From the NCBI RefSeq assembly GCF_006345805.1, contig NC_042997.1, forward strand, positions 53,072,001-53,136,000: 64,000 nt of DNA, in the 5' to 3' direction. The notes under the pieces are model-generated. The model was not told the origin of the DNA, ran no database searches, and saw only the letters and a program-made list of their open reading frames with translations. Both the position numbers and the translations under genes were made by a program. The DNA is from Octopus sinensis (Eukaryota). Of this stretch, positions 13,353-26,660 are shown one piece after another. Within the stretch, counting starts at the first letter, position 1. Each line of letters starts with the position of its first letter.

Positions 13353-15554
13353 ATATACAGAACACAACTCTCAGTTTCCCTGACAACTGAACAGTGTGCT
13401 AGTTTCTAAACTTCTCATTTGATACTTTCTTTGTTCAGTTCTTCCTCCATTAGAATCAGCTTTATGCTGTAGTTCTATTAGAACTACATCATTGTAGAAC
13501 TATTTTCTTAATCTCTTCAATAAATATGATTCTATAGACATTCAAGTTAAACTCTGACTATACAAACATCACTAACAATCTTATCTCCTAGCACATATAA
13601 ATGTCATTTATATCTATTTTTTATCTTATAAACCTATTCAACATTCTGATTGAGTAATCTGCTAGATTTCCAGCTCAAACTTTTGAAAAAGTATCTGGAA
13701 AACAGATACCAATTTACTTTATGATAATGTTGAAACAGTTGAAGCTAGATAAAAGCTTACTGTAAGGACATACAATATCAATATCTCAGTTGGTGTATTT
13801 CTACTATTAGTTTATTCAGTATCCATGCTTTATGATTTTTGTATTTATTTGCATTAGAGGTTATGTTATTGTAAACCATACAAGTTTATATTTAACCATC
13901 TTGCTTTCATGACCCTGAGGGCAACTCAGGAGTTCTTTTGTTTTTTGTTTTCACAAAAAAGAAGACCTGTAACCACTTTATATTGCTTTGTTAAAGTAAG
14001 GTAAAATCTAAAGTAGTCATAAACTAATAGTATATGGTTGTCATCTTATCACAACATTAACAACAATAGTGAAAGCATTTGAATATGTAATGATTATAAT
14101 CAAAATAGGAATATGAAGCATCTTATGATTCTTATATATAGGAATCAAACCACATCTAGCTTTGATTTTTCCTACTGTCTCTTCAAAGAGAAATACTGGT
14201 TTTTCAAAACATTCCAAGAATTGTGGAATGTTATTTGGGTTATAGAGCAGCCAAATATAATCTTCTAAATTTATTTAAATGTAAGCAGAAGAAAATAATC
14301 ACAAATGCAGAGGCTCTAACTCCCACACAAATAGTCAGTAGAGGGAACTAAAACTAACTCTTGCCCAGAACTATATTTTTCTCACATAGTAACATAGCAG
14401 ACACATATCAAAGGCTGTCAGTAAGTATAAACTTAGATATCCATTTCACTTTCCAAATTCCCCCTGTAAAGCTTAATTCTAAAATGAATCTGCTTCATTC
14501 TAATGGAATAGTATTTAAAAAAAGACTACTTTTTTTTACGTTTTTACGTGCTGTAGGTATAGTTGGATAGGCAAATTAGTCGATATATCATTTTGCATTT
14601 TTAAGTATCTGTTACCAAGATATTCTTTGAACATTTCTTTTTATGTTTCTATTCCAAGAGAAACATTGTCTATCCATAGCTCACGGGAATATATGAGTGG
14701 AGGAGGGGGGATGAAGAAAATTGAAGCAATTAATGAAGACCTTGAAAATGGCTGCTTAACACATTTAAGAACATATTGACAGAAGAGAAGTTCCTTAGTG
14801 CAGTACCCTTGGAACTACACACATTTTTTATTCACAGATTTGTGAGAGAAAAAGTAATGGGTCTTTGTATACTTATTTATAAATGTAGTTCTAAAGAAGC
14901 AGAATTTTTTATGGTTACTTTTCCATGCTGTCATGGGTTGGACAGGACTTCATAATCTGAATCAATTCAATGGTTAAAAATATTTTTTTTGCATATGTGA
15001 ACATAGGTACTGTTTTAGACATTTTATCATTGTTTTTATGTAAACAATGCCAAGACAATGGGAAAACAACACACACACGCACACATATATACTTACACAA
15101 AAGCTTCTTACAGTTTCCTTATAACAATGTCATTGGTCAGTCTAAGACTATATTAAAAGACACCTGCCCCAGTGCCATGAAGTGGGTCTGAGCCTGAAAC
15201 TGCATGGCTTTGAAGCAAACTTCTTAACCACATGGTATTACATGCACCTAAAATGTATCCTCCTCCTCGTCGTCCTCATCCTCATCAGCAACATCAATTT
15301 GATATCCACTTTTCCATACTTGCATGGGTCAGACAAAATTAATCGAGACAGATTTTCTTCATCATGATACCTTTCTTGTCACCAACACTTACTCATTTCC
15401 AAGCAAGGTAATATTTCCTCACAACCAGACGATTAGAAGATTAGAAACGAATGACACTGTTTGTATGATGGTGACAATCATTCACAACTATCACATAATA
15501 CCAAGACAGGGAGGCACAAACACACACTCGCATACATATATACATACATAAACG

Positions 15555-15730
15555 CACACACACACACGCACACACGTACATACTATGTGTTTTTGTTTCA
15601 GTTTCCATCTACCAAATCCACACACAATGCTTTGGTCAGAAGACACTTGTCCAAGATGCCTCACAGCAGGACTGAACCCAAAGGCATATGGTTTGGATGT
15701 GAACTTCTTAACCATATAACCATGCTGGCA
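15555..15730 (-). mobile_element. tRNA-derived SINE family B 5' half (another at ~15070-15250)
   Basis: Reverse complement of the family-B head (cagtttccatctaccaaatcc..gacacttgtccaag..gactgaacc). Confidence 0.65.
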
Positions 15731-16493
15731 CCTTTGAGTTGTGTGCGTATGTGATAGTTTGGCCATCAAATTTCATGATGACCGAGCAACTGCTAGTAGA
15801 AAAATAAAAATTAAGAAGCAGAAGACACCTAAAGTTATTATGTTCATCTATTGGCAATTAATGAAAACTATGACCTTAAAATTCAGTACCTCCACTGAAG
15901 ATGCGTCCATGTAGGGGGGATTGTCTTAGGATCTATCTATCCTACATCATCTATGAAACTACGAATTTTATTGTCATGAATGTGTTATACTCCCACTGCC
16001 ACTCTGAGAGGTCTGCCATCTGGGACTCGAAAAAGTTTTGGCTTTCAGTATTCAATGAAGACCATGACTAACTATGTAGCACTTCAATGAAGGATGCAGA
16101 CACTCAGTCAGTCAGGTGGACAAAGCCAATCCTTGGCACTCTCAGTCTTGTGTCATAAAAATATGCTAAAACAAGAGAGAATGAAGAAGATAAGGAAGAA
16201 TACATGAAAGACAGCTAGATACTAATAATCATTGATAACTGACTGACTGTGAGCACCCAACCAGAACAACTGACCTATGCAAACAAAATCAAAAACAACA
16301 GCAAAAAACATACCCAGCTAAATATATCAAAAATGTTTAGGTGCAGCATATTTTTTGTCTGTGACCAAATTGCAGTTTAATGTGACAAAATTTTGACACC
16401 ATATTACGAATAAATGATTAAGCAAAGCTAGCAGTTTTTGAGTGTTTCTAAATGGCTAACTTGTGTCTTTCATGCTGCAATTGCTAAATATAT

Positions 16494-16494
<1 letters not shown>

Positions 16495-16531
<37 letters not shown>

Positions 16532-16845
16532 ATGTCCGTTTTCCAGGATAGCATGGGTTGGACAGTTCAACAAGGGTCTGGGAAGCCAGGAGGCTGCACC
16601 AGGCTCCAGTCTGATCTGGCAGTGTTTCTACAGCTGGATGCCCTTCCAGGATAGCATGGGTTGGACAGTTCGACCGGGGTCTGGGAAGCCAGGAGGCTGC
16701 ACCAGGATCCAGTCTGATCTGGCAGTGTTTCTACAGCTGGGTGCCCTTCCTAACGTCAACCACTCCATGAGTGTAGTGGGTGATTTTTACGTCCCACTGG
16801 CACAGGTGTCAGGGGAGGCTGACAACAGCCATGATTGGTTGGTGC
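16495..16845 (-). mobile_element. RTE-LINE 3' end with an internal 103-bp tandem duplication
   Basis: (CAT)n tail; unit ttccaggatagcatggg...gcccttcc repeated at 16541 and 16644. Confidence 0.8.
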
Positions 16846-17294
16846 TTTATATATATATATATAAATCTGTAAAATTTTTGGAATTGATCATCTGGTGGCA
16901 TAGACTTGACATATTATTTCATATGCTACATAGTATTACACTACTGTATTGTAAAAACTTCTCTTGTCTCTTCTTAGGATAAAATATTCCTAGTGATGTG
17001 TTTATTTGACTTCCTGATTTATCTTGTTACATTCTCTCAATTTTAAACACTTGAGGTGCTGCATCATTACAATATAGCACATTAACCAAGCTGTTGATTA
17101 TGTTTTTTTCGGAGCTGAGTTAATCTGAAATACAATCTTTGCACAATTCTGTACCATTCCTTTTCCATTTTTTCATTCATATTATGGAACTCCAGCATCT
17201 TCTGCCCTCTATAGTTTTTGAACCATAGCCACAAACTCCATATAAACCAGTGAGTTACTTAGACTTGGGTCCCTCATGAGATTTATGTCTCATA

Positions 17295-17545
17295 AAGCTG
17301 GAGCTTGACTTGGTTTCCATGGCTATAAGTGGCCGAAATTACAACACTCTGCCCTTGAACAAGATGCCAGTCCATCACCAGATTAATTTCCCAGCTCCTG
17401 CTGAAACTCATTTACAGCTGAGTGAACTGGTGCAACATGAAATGAAATGCTTAACTCAAGAACACAATGCATCATTTGGTCTGGGAATTGAGACCATGAT
17501 CTTAGTCATGAGTGCAACATCTTAACCATTAGGTCACACATCTTC
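17295..17545 (-). mobile_element. tRNA-derived SINE (further family; related + strand copy at ~18735-18860)
   Basis: Minus-strand head ..cctaatggttaagatgttgc..ggtctcaattcccagacc then tgtgttcttgag..cagttcactcagctgtaaatgagt. Confidence 0.55.
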
Positions 17546-18056
17546 ACTAACCGATGTGGCTATTAAAATCTTATACTACATTATAAGAATTGCGATTTTG
17601 TGGAGATAGTATTTTATTGTGCAAAAAATAAAATTTGCTTGTGAAGCATGTGTACAAATTACAGAGGCTGTTATGTTGTATAAGCATTTTAATTTTACAT
17701 TCTTTCTTTAAGAAAAGTTTGCTAGAAGGGTAGCACTGATGGCTTTGCAGTCCCTCCAAGACCATTGATGTCAATATGGTTATTGTCAGGGAAAGTTTTA
17801 CATTACACATACAATATTTCTACATAACATCCAACATCACATTTATTTATTCATTTCTCTATTTCCATTTCTGCATGCTAGCATAGGTTGAATGTAAACT
17901 TATTTGAGGCAGCATTTTTTGGCTGGATGCCCTTCCTGTTGCCAGCCCTTAACTGTTTTCAGTTAAAGGCTTATTTGATATTCCACTTGTCTTCAAAGGC
18001 ACAGAACAAGAAGATATATTGTCAGCAGGGAATACATTAAAAGACACACGCACACG

Positions 18057-18093
<37 letters not shown>

Positions 18094-19193
18094 CATCCAT
18101 ACAATTATTATCTAACACTTCAACTCACAAGGCACTGATTGGCTTGAGTCTTTCATGTCTCACTGAAATAGAACTCAAAATCATATGGTTACGAAGCAAG
18201 CCCCAAATTCACATAACCATGTCTGTATTTATTACATCATATATTTGTTGACATAACTCCGCAAAATCATATTTATTCATCTTTTCTTTCATTCTGTAAG
18301 AAACAAAATAGTCAGAGATAGAGGACAGAAGAAGTGAATGAGAGCGAAAGCGAAACACTCGTCTTGAAATGGCAAGGATCCATTGTAATTTTATATTACA
18401 TGAGCTCCTATATACAACTTTTATTGGCTTAGTACTAAAGAAGTATTTAAGTAACTTTATCACAATTTCTAATCTGATGATATGATATTTTATCAAACAG
18501 CTGTGTAACTTCAAACCATGTTGTGAGAACATGAATATCTTAATCTTTAGTTCAATAAATAATTCTTCTAATGTTAATTCTGAATTACTTATTTCCTTTC
18601 TTCAAACTTACCTTCTTAACATTCCTACCTTTGGTAAATCTTCTGCTCTTTTCTAATCAGATATTTTTTTGAAGCTCTTATTACATCAATTATATTATCA
18701 GTTCTAAGTGATTAATGATAGATTAATGTTGTGAGGGCATGAGACCTTATGGTTAGGGTGTTACACTAACAATCACAAGACCGTGGCTTAGATTTCTGGA
18801 CCAGGCACTGGCGTTATGTTCTTGATCAAAACAATTTCACTTTGCCTTGTAAACACTGGATAAAGTGCATCTGTGAGTTAGAAGTTGACCTGTATTGGTG
18901 ACTCCATATCAATCAGTCAGGCAGCTCTCTTTTAGATGTGACCTAATATGTTCATGTGTCTCAACTGATAGCAATTCAGTTTTATTTATTTGTTATGGCT
19001 ACAGGATGTTCTTCCTATTATAGACCAGGTATATTCATTGTAGTGGTTCTGTTTTAAAATTGTAATTCTGTGATTTGGTCACCTTGAACTGTAATCTACA
19101 ACAGGGGTCACCAACTGCCAGACTGTAGATCATTTGGTGCTGGGTCACACCGAAAAAATAAATTAAAAAACTTTTATTCTATTTTATTAACCA

Positions 19194-20400
19194 CTAGCAG
19201 AGATACCCAGCATTGCCCATGTCACATGGAAATAAAGAATTGGACTTTTCTTTTATATTTTCTCTAATGAACTGGAATACGTATGATTTGAATTTCATCA
19301 AAATTGCAGATGAAGAATTTTAATGAGAGTTCTTTCCCTCTTTACATGCCCTAACAAAAATTCTAATCATGACACTTTTATCCCATAATACTCATCTTTA
19401 TGCCTAGATTCAAAAATTCAAATCTTATGGAACATATTGAAAGGTTTTTGCTCCTGAAAAATGGAGCTCATGGAGCTCTAAAATGTTAAGGCCCCTGTTG
19501 GGGGTGGGATCTTAAAGTCAACCAGAGAAGTTGAATTGTTGGGAATCTTTTTAACTTGGGTCTTATATCTATTCTTCAAATTTCTTTGAAATCGAAATAT
19601 ATGTAAGTTCACTGGGTTTGTAAAAGAGAGCAAAGCTACAGGAAACCAAAAGACGAATGATCAAAATAACCCTAGTCATTACCACTCCCCAATGTAGGAT
19701 TCCTCACCATGTGTTATATGGATATACCCTCGTTTGCAACAGTCGGTGCTGTGTCTAACACAACCCATCATCTAAAATGTTGACACCTCCGTCGGGTTTG
19801 TTGACCTACATCACTCATATAGTAAATTTGGAGGAACTGTGGTTGTTCATTTGTGGGTGCACAAAACCATGTCATTTGCAGAGTTGTATTGTCTGATATT
19901 GTTCAGAAAATCCTTTGACCTGATGGAAATGCCTTCTAGAAGATCCATAAGAGGTTGAGAAAGAGTTGGTAGTGCTGGCAATGTTACCTGAGCAGCACAT
20001 ACCATTTGTTTCATTTGAAAATTTTAAAGCTCTACAGAAAAGACAATTTGTGTTTAGCATACCAATTTGGACAGAGTTATTATTTTTATACGAATAGGAT
20101 GGATCATATCTGAAAACAGCTTCAGGAGTTGTGAAGAACGAATTTGTACGTTGTCTGTTGGACCTCTGTCTAATCATTAAAACATTGATTTAATGATCCA
20201 GCATTAAGTGCTGCAACATGCATTTGCTGATGTTGAGAAAATCTCATCTGTCTTCTCTCTTCAGACTCTCGCCTTTGGTTTTCTACAATCCTCCTTGCGT
20301 TACACTTGTTTCTGGAGAGATTACGTCTTTTCTTTGGTGGCATATTTTTCCCAATATTGTAAACCAAAAATTATGAACATAGAAAGAAATTATACATTAA
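19194..20400 (-). mobile_element. Helitron remnant with RepHel N-terminal coding fragment
   Basis: Minus-strand 3' end hairpin + CTAG at 19194-19197; ORF fragments MPPKKRR.. and AVFRYDPSY..VQIGMLNTNCLFCRALKFSNETNGMCC, typical of the N-terminal Zn region of animal Helitron RepHel. 5' boundary uncertain (may reach ~20.9 or ~21.5 kb). Confidence 0.72.
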
Positions 20401-21494
20401 TCCCTGTTTTTGTAAGCAGTTGTATCTGTAAAAATGTTACTTGAAGAGAACAGAAATTGAAAGAAGAGAAAATGAAAAGAACAGAGAAAGAAGGTGAAAG
20501 ATGTATGTACGGCTATATGAAATGGACGTGTGTGTGTTTGTGCGTGTGTATGTGAGAGAGAAAGAGGGTGAGAAAGAGAGATAGAGTGAGTGAGTGAAGG
20601 TGTATGTTGTGATGATTGATGTCTTTTAAGGTACACACACACATATAGAAAATGTGACATCATTGTATAAAATTTTTATGATAGTTGATTTATGGAAAAG
20701 ATTATGTTAAATTTTTGCTATGCAAATAATTGAATGGAAATTAAGTTTAATTTGTAGTCAAAATTGTACTGAATCTTTTGATACCTCATATGTCAAAATC
20801 TGTAACTCTGTTTTGGAAAGCATAAGGAATATATAATATATAGGACATTATCTCACATAACAATACAGCCGTAATACTGAAATAGTGTAAGAGATAACAG
20901 ATTGCTCTGGGCTCACATTAGGCAAAAATGTTGGAAATTTTTTGACCCATGAGACTGCATGGGCCTTGGCTTTTGTATTTGACACCTGCTGCTTTAAGTA
21001 TTTTATTTATATTATATATATGTATGTATAAGCTATGAGGAAGATATGGTAGCTAGACCTGATTAGTAAGAGCAGCCAAATCTCCCTCAAAACACCCTAC
21101 TGTCTTAATCTGACAATTCTGCTTATTATGTAGTTTGAATGAGAAACTGTAACTAAAGATTAAGATTATTAACCCCACAGAGAGAGGAAAGAAGAGAGAC
21201 AATATAGCAACGGTTTTGGCTGACTGTCATCCTGTACTCCACTTGTTGCTGGTGAAATGGTATATGCCAGCTGTCTGAGCAAGGGATTGTTTTAATGGTG
21301 GAACAAACAGGACATAAGGATTACAAAAATAGCGATTCTCACTTTGAAACCAACAATTTTGAAAATCTTTCTAGATTACGGAGTGCCCTGCTGTCTCATG
21401 TATCCGTGTTTAAAATTTCAGTATGATCGGATGAACAATACTCAAGCTATAAGTGCACAGACAGACAGAATGGATTTTATATATTAAGATATTT

Positions 21495-21686
<192 letters not shown>

Positions 21687-21938
21687 ATGTATGCCTGCAT
21701 ATATGTAAGATAATAGTTTCACTTTAATAGTGAAACTATTAAAGTGAAAGTATCTGACATTGCAATAGAGAAATGTTTCACTTTTGACACGTAATACTGA
21801 AATAGGATTGCTCTGGTTTCCTTTTCCAGAACACTGAGGTGAGAAGCTTCACCTTGAGCATAGCAATTCATCTGTAGAAAGTTTAGCCAGAATTGGGTAT
21901 GGAACAAATTCAATGTGAGAACAAATCAAGAAATTATT

Positions 21939-22409
21939 TACATTATTTACATTTGATGGATATTTGTCCTCATCTTGTTTGTTAAAACATTTCAGCTGAT
22001 ATACCCTCCAGCCTTCATCAGGTGTCTTAGGAGAATTTCGAACCTGGGTTTTCATTCCCAAAGTATTTTTCGATGTTGTCATTATTATTATTATTATTCA
22101 GATCACTGCCTGGAATTGAACTTGGGATAGTAGCCGACACTCTTAACCACTACACCAGCATATGGCATAGTGGTTAAGAGCGCAGGCTAACCCCAAGATT
22201 CCATGTTCGATTCCAGGCAGTGATCTGAATAATAATAATAATAATAACAACAACAACAACAACAACATCAAAAAATACCTTAGGAATGGGAACCCAGGTT
22301 CTAAATTTCCCCCAAGACACCTGATGAAGGCTGGAGGGTATATCAGCCAAAACGTTGTGTCAACAACAAACAAGATGAGGACAAATATCTGTCAAATGTA
22401 AATAATGTA
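21939..22409. mobile_element. ~470-bp palindromic element: head-to-head tRNA-like heads, (AAT)n, hammerhead motif (Penelope pLTR-like)
   Basis: The arms are reverse complements (tacattatttacatttga.. / ..tcaaatgtaaataatgta), centre ~22160. Right arm has A box tagtggttaag and B box gttcgattcc. Confidence 0.8.
22316..22361 (+). ncRNA. Minimal type I hammerhead ribozyme-like motif (G12>A variant)
   Basis: gacac CUGAUGA a ggcug[gaggguauau]cagcc aAAA cGUU guguc: stem I GACAC/GUGUC, stem II 5 bp, palindromic ACGU stem III. The mirror copy at 21986-22026 (-) keeps GAAA. Confidence 0.6.
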
Positions 22410-25400
22410 AAAAATGTACATAATTCCTCATTTACTTATTGATAGTACAAATTCACAAAAGTTAAGATGAAAGAGATTATTTTATAAGAGAGCAAATAAA
22501 CTGATAATTTCACTAAATAATTCCTTTTATTAATTTGTTAATTCAGGCTTAATTCCCTGTAGTTTCTTTTTCTCTGCATATCTTGTAATTAAAAGGCAAT
22601 AAGGGAGTTATGTGGTTGGTGGTTAGTCAATGGGTTCTTTGACCTGCCTACAATCAACACTGACCTGGGCCTCTACTACAACAATAACAATAACAATAAC
22701 AACAAGAAAAGCAGCTTCTATCATACTATAATTAAATCAATTTTTGATTATAGTACAAGAAGCTACTGATATAGTATATAAATATAAATATTTGTATTTA
22801 TGTAAGGGAGTAAGAGAGAAACTGGGAGAACATTTTGCTTCCTTTTAAGGAGAGAATCATGATAGTTTTATGAAGGTAGGAAGTAACATGTAGGTACACA
22901 TTACTTATGAAAATAAATATGGGACACGCACACACACAGCTGCTCACAAACACATGCAAGTCAGAATTTTATTCATTTAGAAGAGTAATCAAACTACAAG
23001 GGTCTATGATAGAGAGAAGAATGAATTACTTTTGTGGAGGAAGAAGAAGAAGAAGAAAAAAAAGGGCAGGATGAAGAAGTTACACATTAGTTTTAAGAGA
23101 GCAGTGAGAAAGTTGTTTTGAAAGAGTGAAAGAGAAAGAAAGAGAATGTAAATCATTCCAGTTACCTATATATTTTGCTGACCTATTTTCTGTTGAACTG
23201 ACTCAGATATCAAAATCACATCTTTAGAACCATGCTAAAGAATAATACCTCTTCACCAACACATTGGATCTCAGCTACATTTTGTGAAATAAGTAATTAA
23301 CATTTTGCAAAACAGAATTAACATTTTTTGTATCAACATACTTAAACTATACTGTACAGACAAGTGATATTTCTATAGTTGATGTTTAACAACATAAGTA
23401 TATGTGTGTGTGTGTTTAACTACGTATGTGTGGGAATGTGTGTGTGTGTCCCTACAAATAACACTTAATATACATTTACAAATAAAATACCATTACTAAT
23501 AGCCAGGTGAAACAGTGAGTAAGTGGTTAGAATGTTGATTTGGTAGGAGGGTGGAATTTAATGAGAGGGCAGTGTATTCATTTACAACAGACAATAGTAT
23601 TTACAAATGAAAAGAACATATCCTTCAATGGTACAAAACCTGACTTCAAAAGATATTGATACAAAACAGAAGTCTTTAATGCATTTGGTAGGTACCATTC
23701 CAAATTGTTTTTTGTTTTTAATTATTTGTTATATTTAAAAAGGGACATTCTTGTCCTGTGTCCACAAAGTAAGAATACTACAATTAATGTATAATGAATG
23801 AAGAAAATGAATTAAGAAATTCCAGTATAAGTAAAAGGCAAAACTATACTTGGTGAGATTAAGAAGAAAAAAATTATGGGAAGTTGTTACTGTCCTTCAC
23901 ACCACCCCTGCTGCCCTATCAATCTTGGCTGAAGAGGCCTATGGTTAAAAAAATTCCAGTCTTCACCACCACCACCACCATTCCTTCCCCCACCCTCCAA
24001 GAGTATCTAGTAGTTCAATATCCTTGTTTAAGGCTGGGGGTGTAATTTGAGAGAGAATAGGTTGTTATTTCTAAGATTGGTTATTGTCTATCAAATGGAG
24101 GAATCAGGTTCAACAGGTGGATTCCAGTAAATGTAGCATGAAATGATAAATTCTGAAGATCAAAGTGATTTATAGTTGAAAAACAAGAATCAAGAAACAA
24201 CATAATGATAGGCTAGAAGATTAAAAGAGTTTTAGTCAAGGAGAGATAGGTAGCTTTTTTTCTTTTTTTACCTGGATGTGGTCCATGATGCCACTAATCA
24301 AAGGTGTATTATCTTGTGATATCTGAACACTAAAGAAAGATATATGCAAGCCTAGTAGACAGTCAACAGCTGTTAAGAACTAAAATAGATTTTGGCACTG
24401 AAGAAAAGACAAGAATAATTGATGTGGTTTTCACCGTCTGGAGAATAGAGGGATTCCAAAAATGTTTGCAGGAAATGGTGAATTTTAGCACAAACAGAAA
24501 AATGATAAATTAAAGTGGATGAGTTTCACTTTTTATCACTAGAGTAGATTTTAAATTAAAGTTTATTAAAGCAGAGTTTCTGAAGTATTAAAATAGAGTT
24601 TACTGAGATAAGATTGTTTAGTCATTCCTTCAGATACTATTTCATTTAAGGCTGTTTTAAACTAATCTATTTTTACATCACTAACAGGGATGTATCTTTA
24701 CATCACACACAAGGAAGGTGGGGAGAGTATGCAAGTTAAATTCAGGATCAATTTTAAACTGAACCTCTGTCTTTAGGTTAAAAGCTAGTTAAATGAATAT
24801 TTAACACTCCTGAAATACACTGAAAACTAGCAAAAATAAACTAAAAGTCTATATGACTAACAAAAGAAATTCGCTTCTAAAATGAAATGGAATATTAGAA
24901 ATATGGAAAAATCTAAAGAAACGCCACGACTGTTGATTTTACCAAATTAACTTTCCTTTGTTTAAGTTTTTCCTATTAATTATTTTTTCACACATTTCTG
25001 AATCAAGAATACGACAGTGCTTATCAGTTTATTTCTGTCATCACATTTAAAATTCCATTTAAAATTTTCAAAAGAGCACAGTTTTCTTCAGAGAATACTT
25101 CAGTTGTGCTATAAAGAAAATAAACATCATTCTTCAATCATCGCCGCAACTACTAACACAACCATTATCACTATATCACTACCACAACATTTCTATAAAT
25201 AATTTCCAGAAAATCTCTGGATATGTAAGTGTGAGAACATAAATGTGTGTGCGTGTATAATTTAATATACAGAGGATTTAAGTATGAGCAGCTATAAGTT
25301 TCATGCCTATGATAATACAATAATCAGACAAACTTGTATATCATACCTGTCCAATAATACATGACATGTGCATGTTAAATAATTATCACTCAGGGGATGG

Positions 25401-25434
25401 AGCATTATTTTTGAGTGCATGTGTGTTCGTGGGC

Positions 25435-26175
25435 ACAGGGTGTGGTGGATAAATTGTTGCCATTTTATATTTTGAATTTCATGCATGTGGATGTTTGTTT
25501 TAGATTTTTGTTGAGTACCCAGTATAGTTAAGGGTCAGTAAGACACAGTCCGTGAGAAAAACAGCACCATGATGCAATTCACTCTGCCAGAAGTTTGGAA
25601 ATGACATACTGTACTGCTTAGTATTTTGCGCTGGAAGCTCCAATGCGAACATTTTAGAATGTTTGGGTGTCAGTCTGAGGACATGTACAGAGAGTGATGA
25701 AAATCAAACATCCAATCTACATCATGGTGTTTGGAGTGATCACTAGTGATGAGAACGTTATGCCGCCATTCATCTTCCCACACGGCCTCAGACTCAATAC
25801 GGAGGCCCACATCAAGTACCTGTAGGAGGTAGTGTTACCTTGGGTCAAGAGGGTGACTGCTGGAAGACCCTATGTCTGGCTACAGGACTCTGCACCATGC
25901 CACACAAGCAGGAGAACCCAGTCATGGTTGTCAGACAGTTTCTGTGACCACATCACCCCTAACATCTAGCCACCTAACTCCTCATATTGCAACCTCCTTG
26001 ATTATCATGTGTAGGGTGCAGTTGAGCAAGAGACAACGAAATTCTTTGTAACACCAAAGATGAACTGAAGGCAAAGAGTATGGCAGCATTCACCAACTTA
26101 AACAAGGAGAGTGTCTAGAAGAGTTGCAGGAGATTCTGAAATCATCTGGAGACCGTGGTTGAAGCCATGTTTTCA
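25435..26175 (+). mobile_element. Tc1/mariner DD37D (maT-like) transposase remnant
   Basis: IMVFGVITSD..MPPFIF..VWLQDSAPCH..(W)PPNS..CN.LDY with 37 residues between the last two Asp; in-frame stops. Confidence 0.8.
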
Positions 26176-26274
26176 TCGGCATTGGTTTGTCCTTCTGTCT
26201 CTCTGTCTGTCTGTCTGTGTGCAAAATAACTCAAAAAGTTGTGAACAGTATTTGATGGAAACCTTCACACCTAC

Positions 26275-26660
26275 AAATCTGTGGACACTGTTGTGGACCA
26301 AGAAGAGGCTGTTTATTTTCTCACAGAAATCCTCAATTTCTTGGACCCCCTCTGGACTACCACCTCATCAACTGCTCCTCAAAATTGGAGCTCCAGTCAT
26401 GCTACTCAGGAACCTGGAGCCACCATGTCTGTGCAACGGAATGCAGTTAGTGGTAATAATGTGCTGCCTCATGTTATTGAAGCAACAATTCTTATTGGTT
26501 GTGGCATCAGAGACGTCTTTATATCCAGGATACCTCTTACACCATCAGATAAGCAATGCCCCTGTCCCTTGTGTTGACTTCAGTTCCCTCTTCGACTTTG
26601 CTTTGCCATGTCCATCAACAAGTCCCAAGGCCAAACACTAACAACAGGCCTCCATTTAGG
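26275..26660 (+). mobile_element. Helitron PIF1-helicase fragment
   Basis: [65 protein letters not shown] across frameshifts. Confidence 0.88.

Noticed and set aside
19005-19030. Possible 24-nt exon (ctacag|GATGTT...GACCAG|gtatat)
   Set aside because: Splice-like signals only; the peptide DVLPIIDQ has no recognisable similarity to the expected upstream ZNRF3 exon.
22163-22230. Functional tRNA gene (also SINE heads at ~8200-8278 and ~13126)
   Set aside because: A/B boxes are present but there is no complete cloverleaf; embedded in repeats.
26111-26641. Host PIF1 helicase gene
   Set aside because: Frameshifted, intronless fragment among TE debris; fits a Helitron RepHel remnant.
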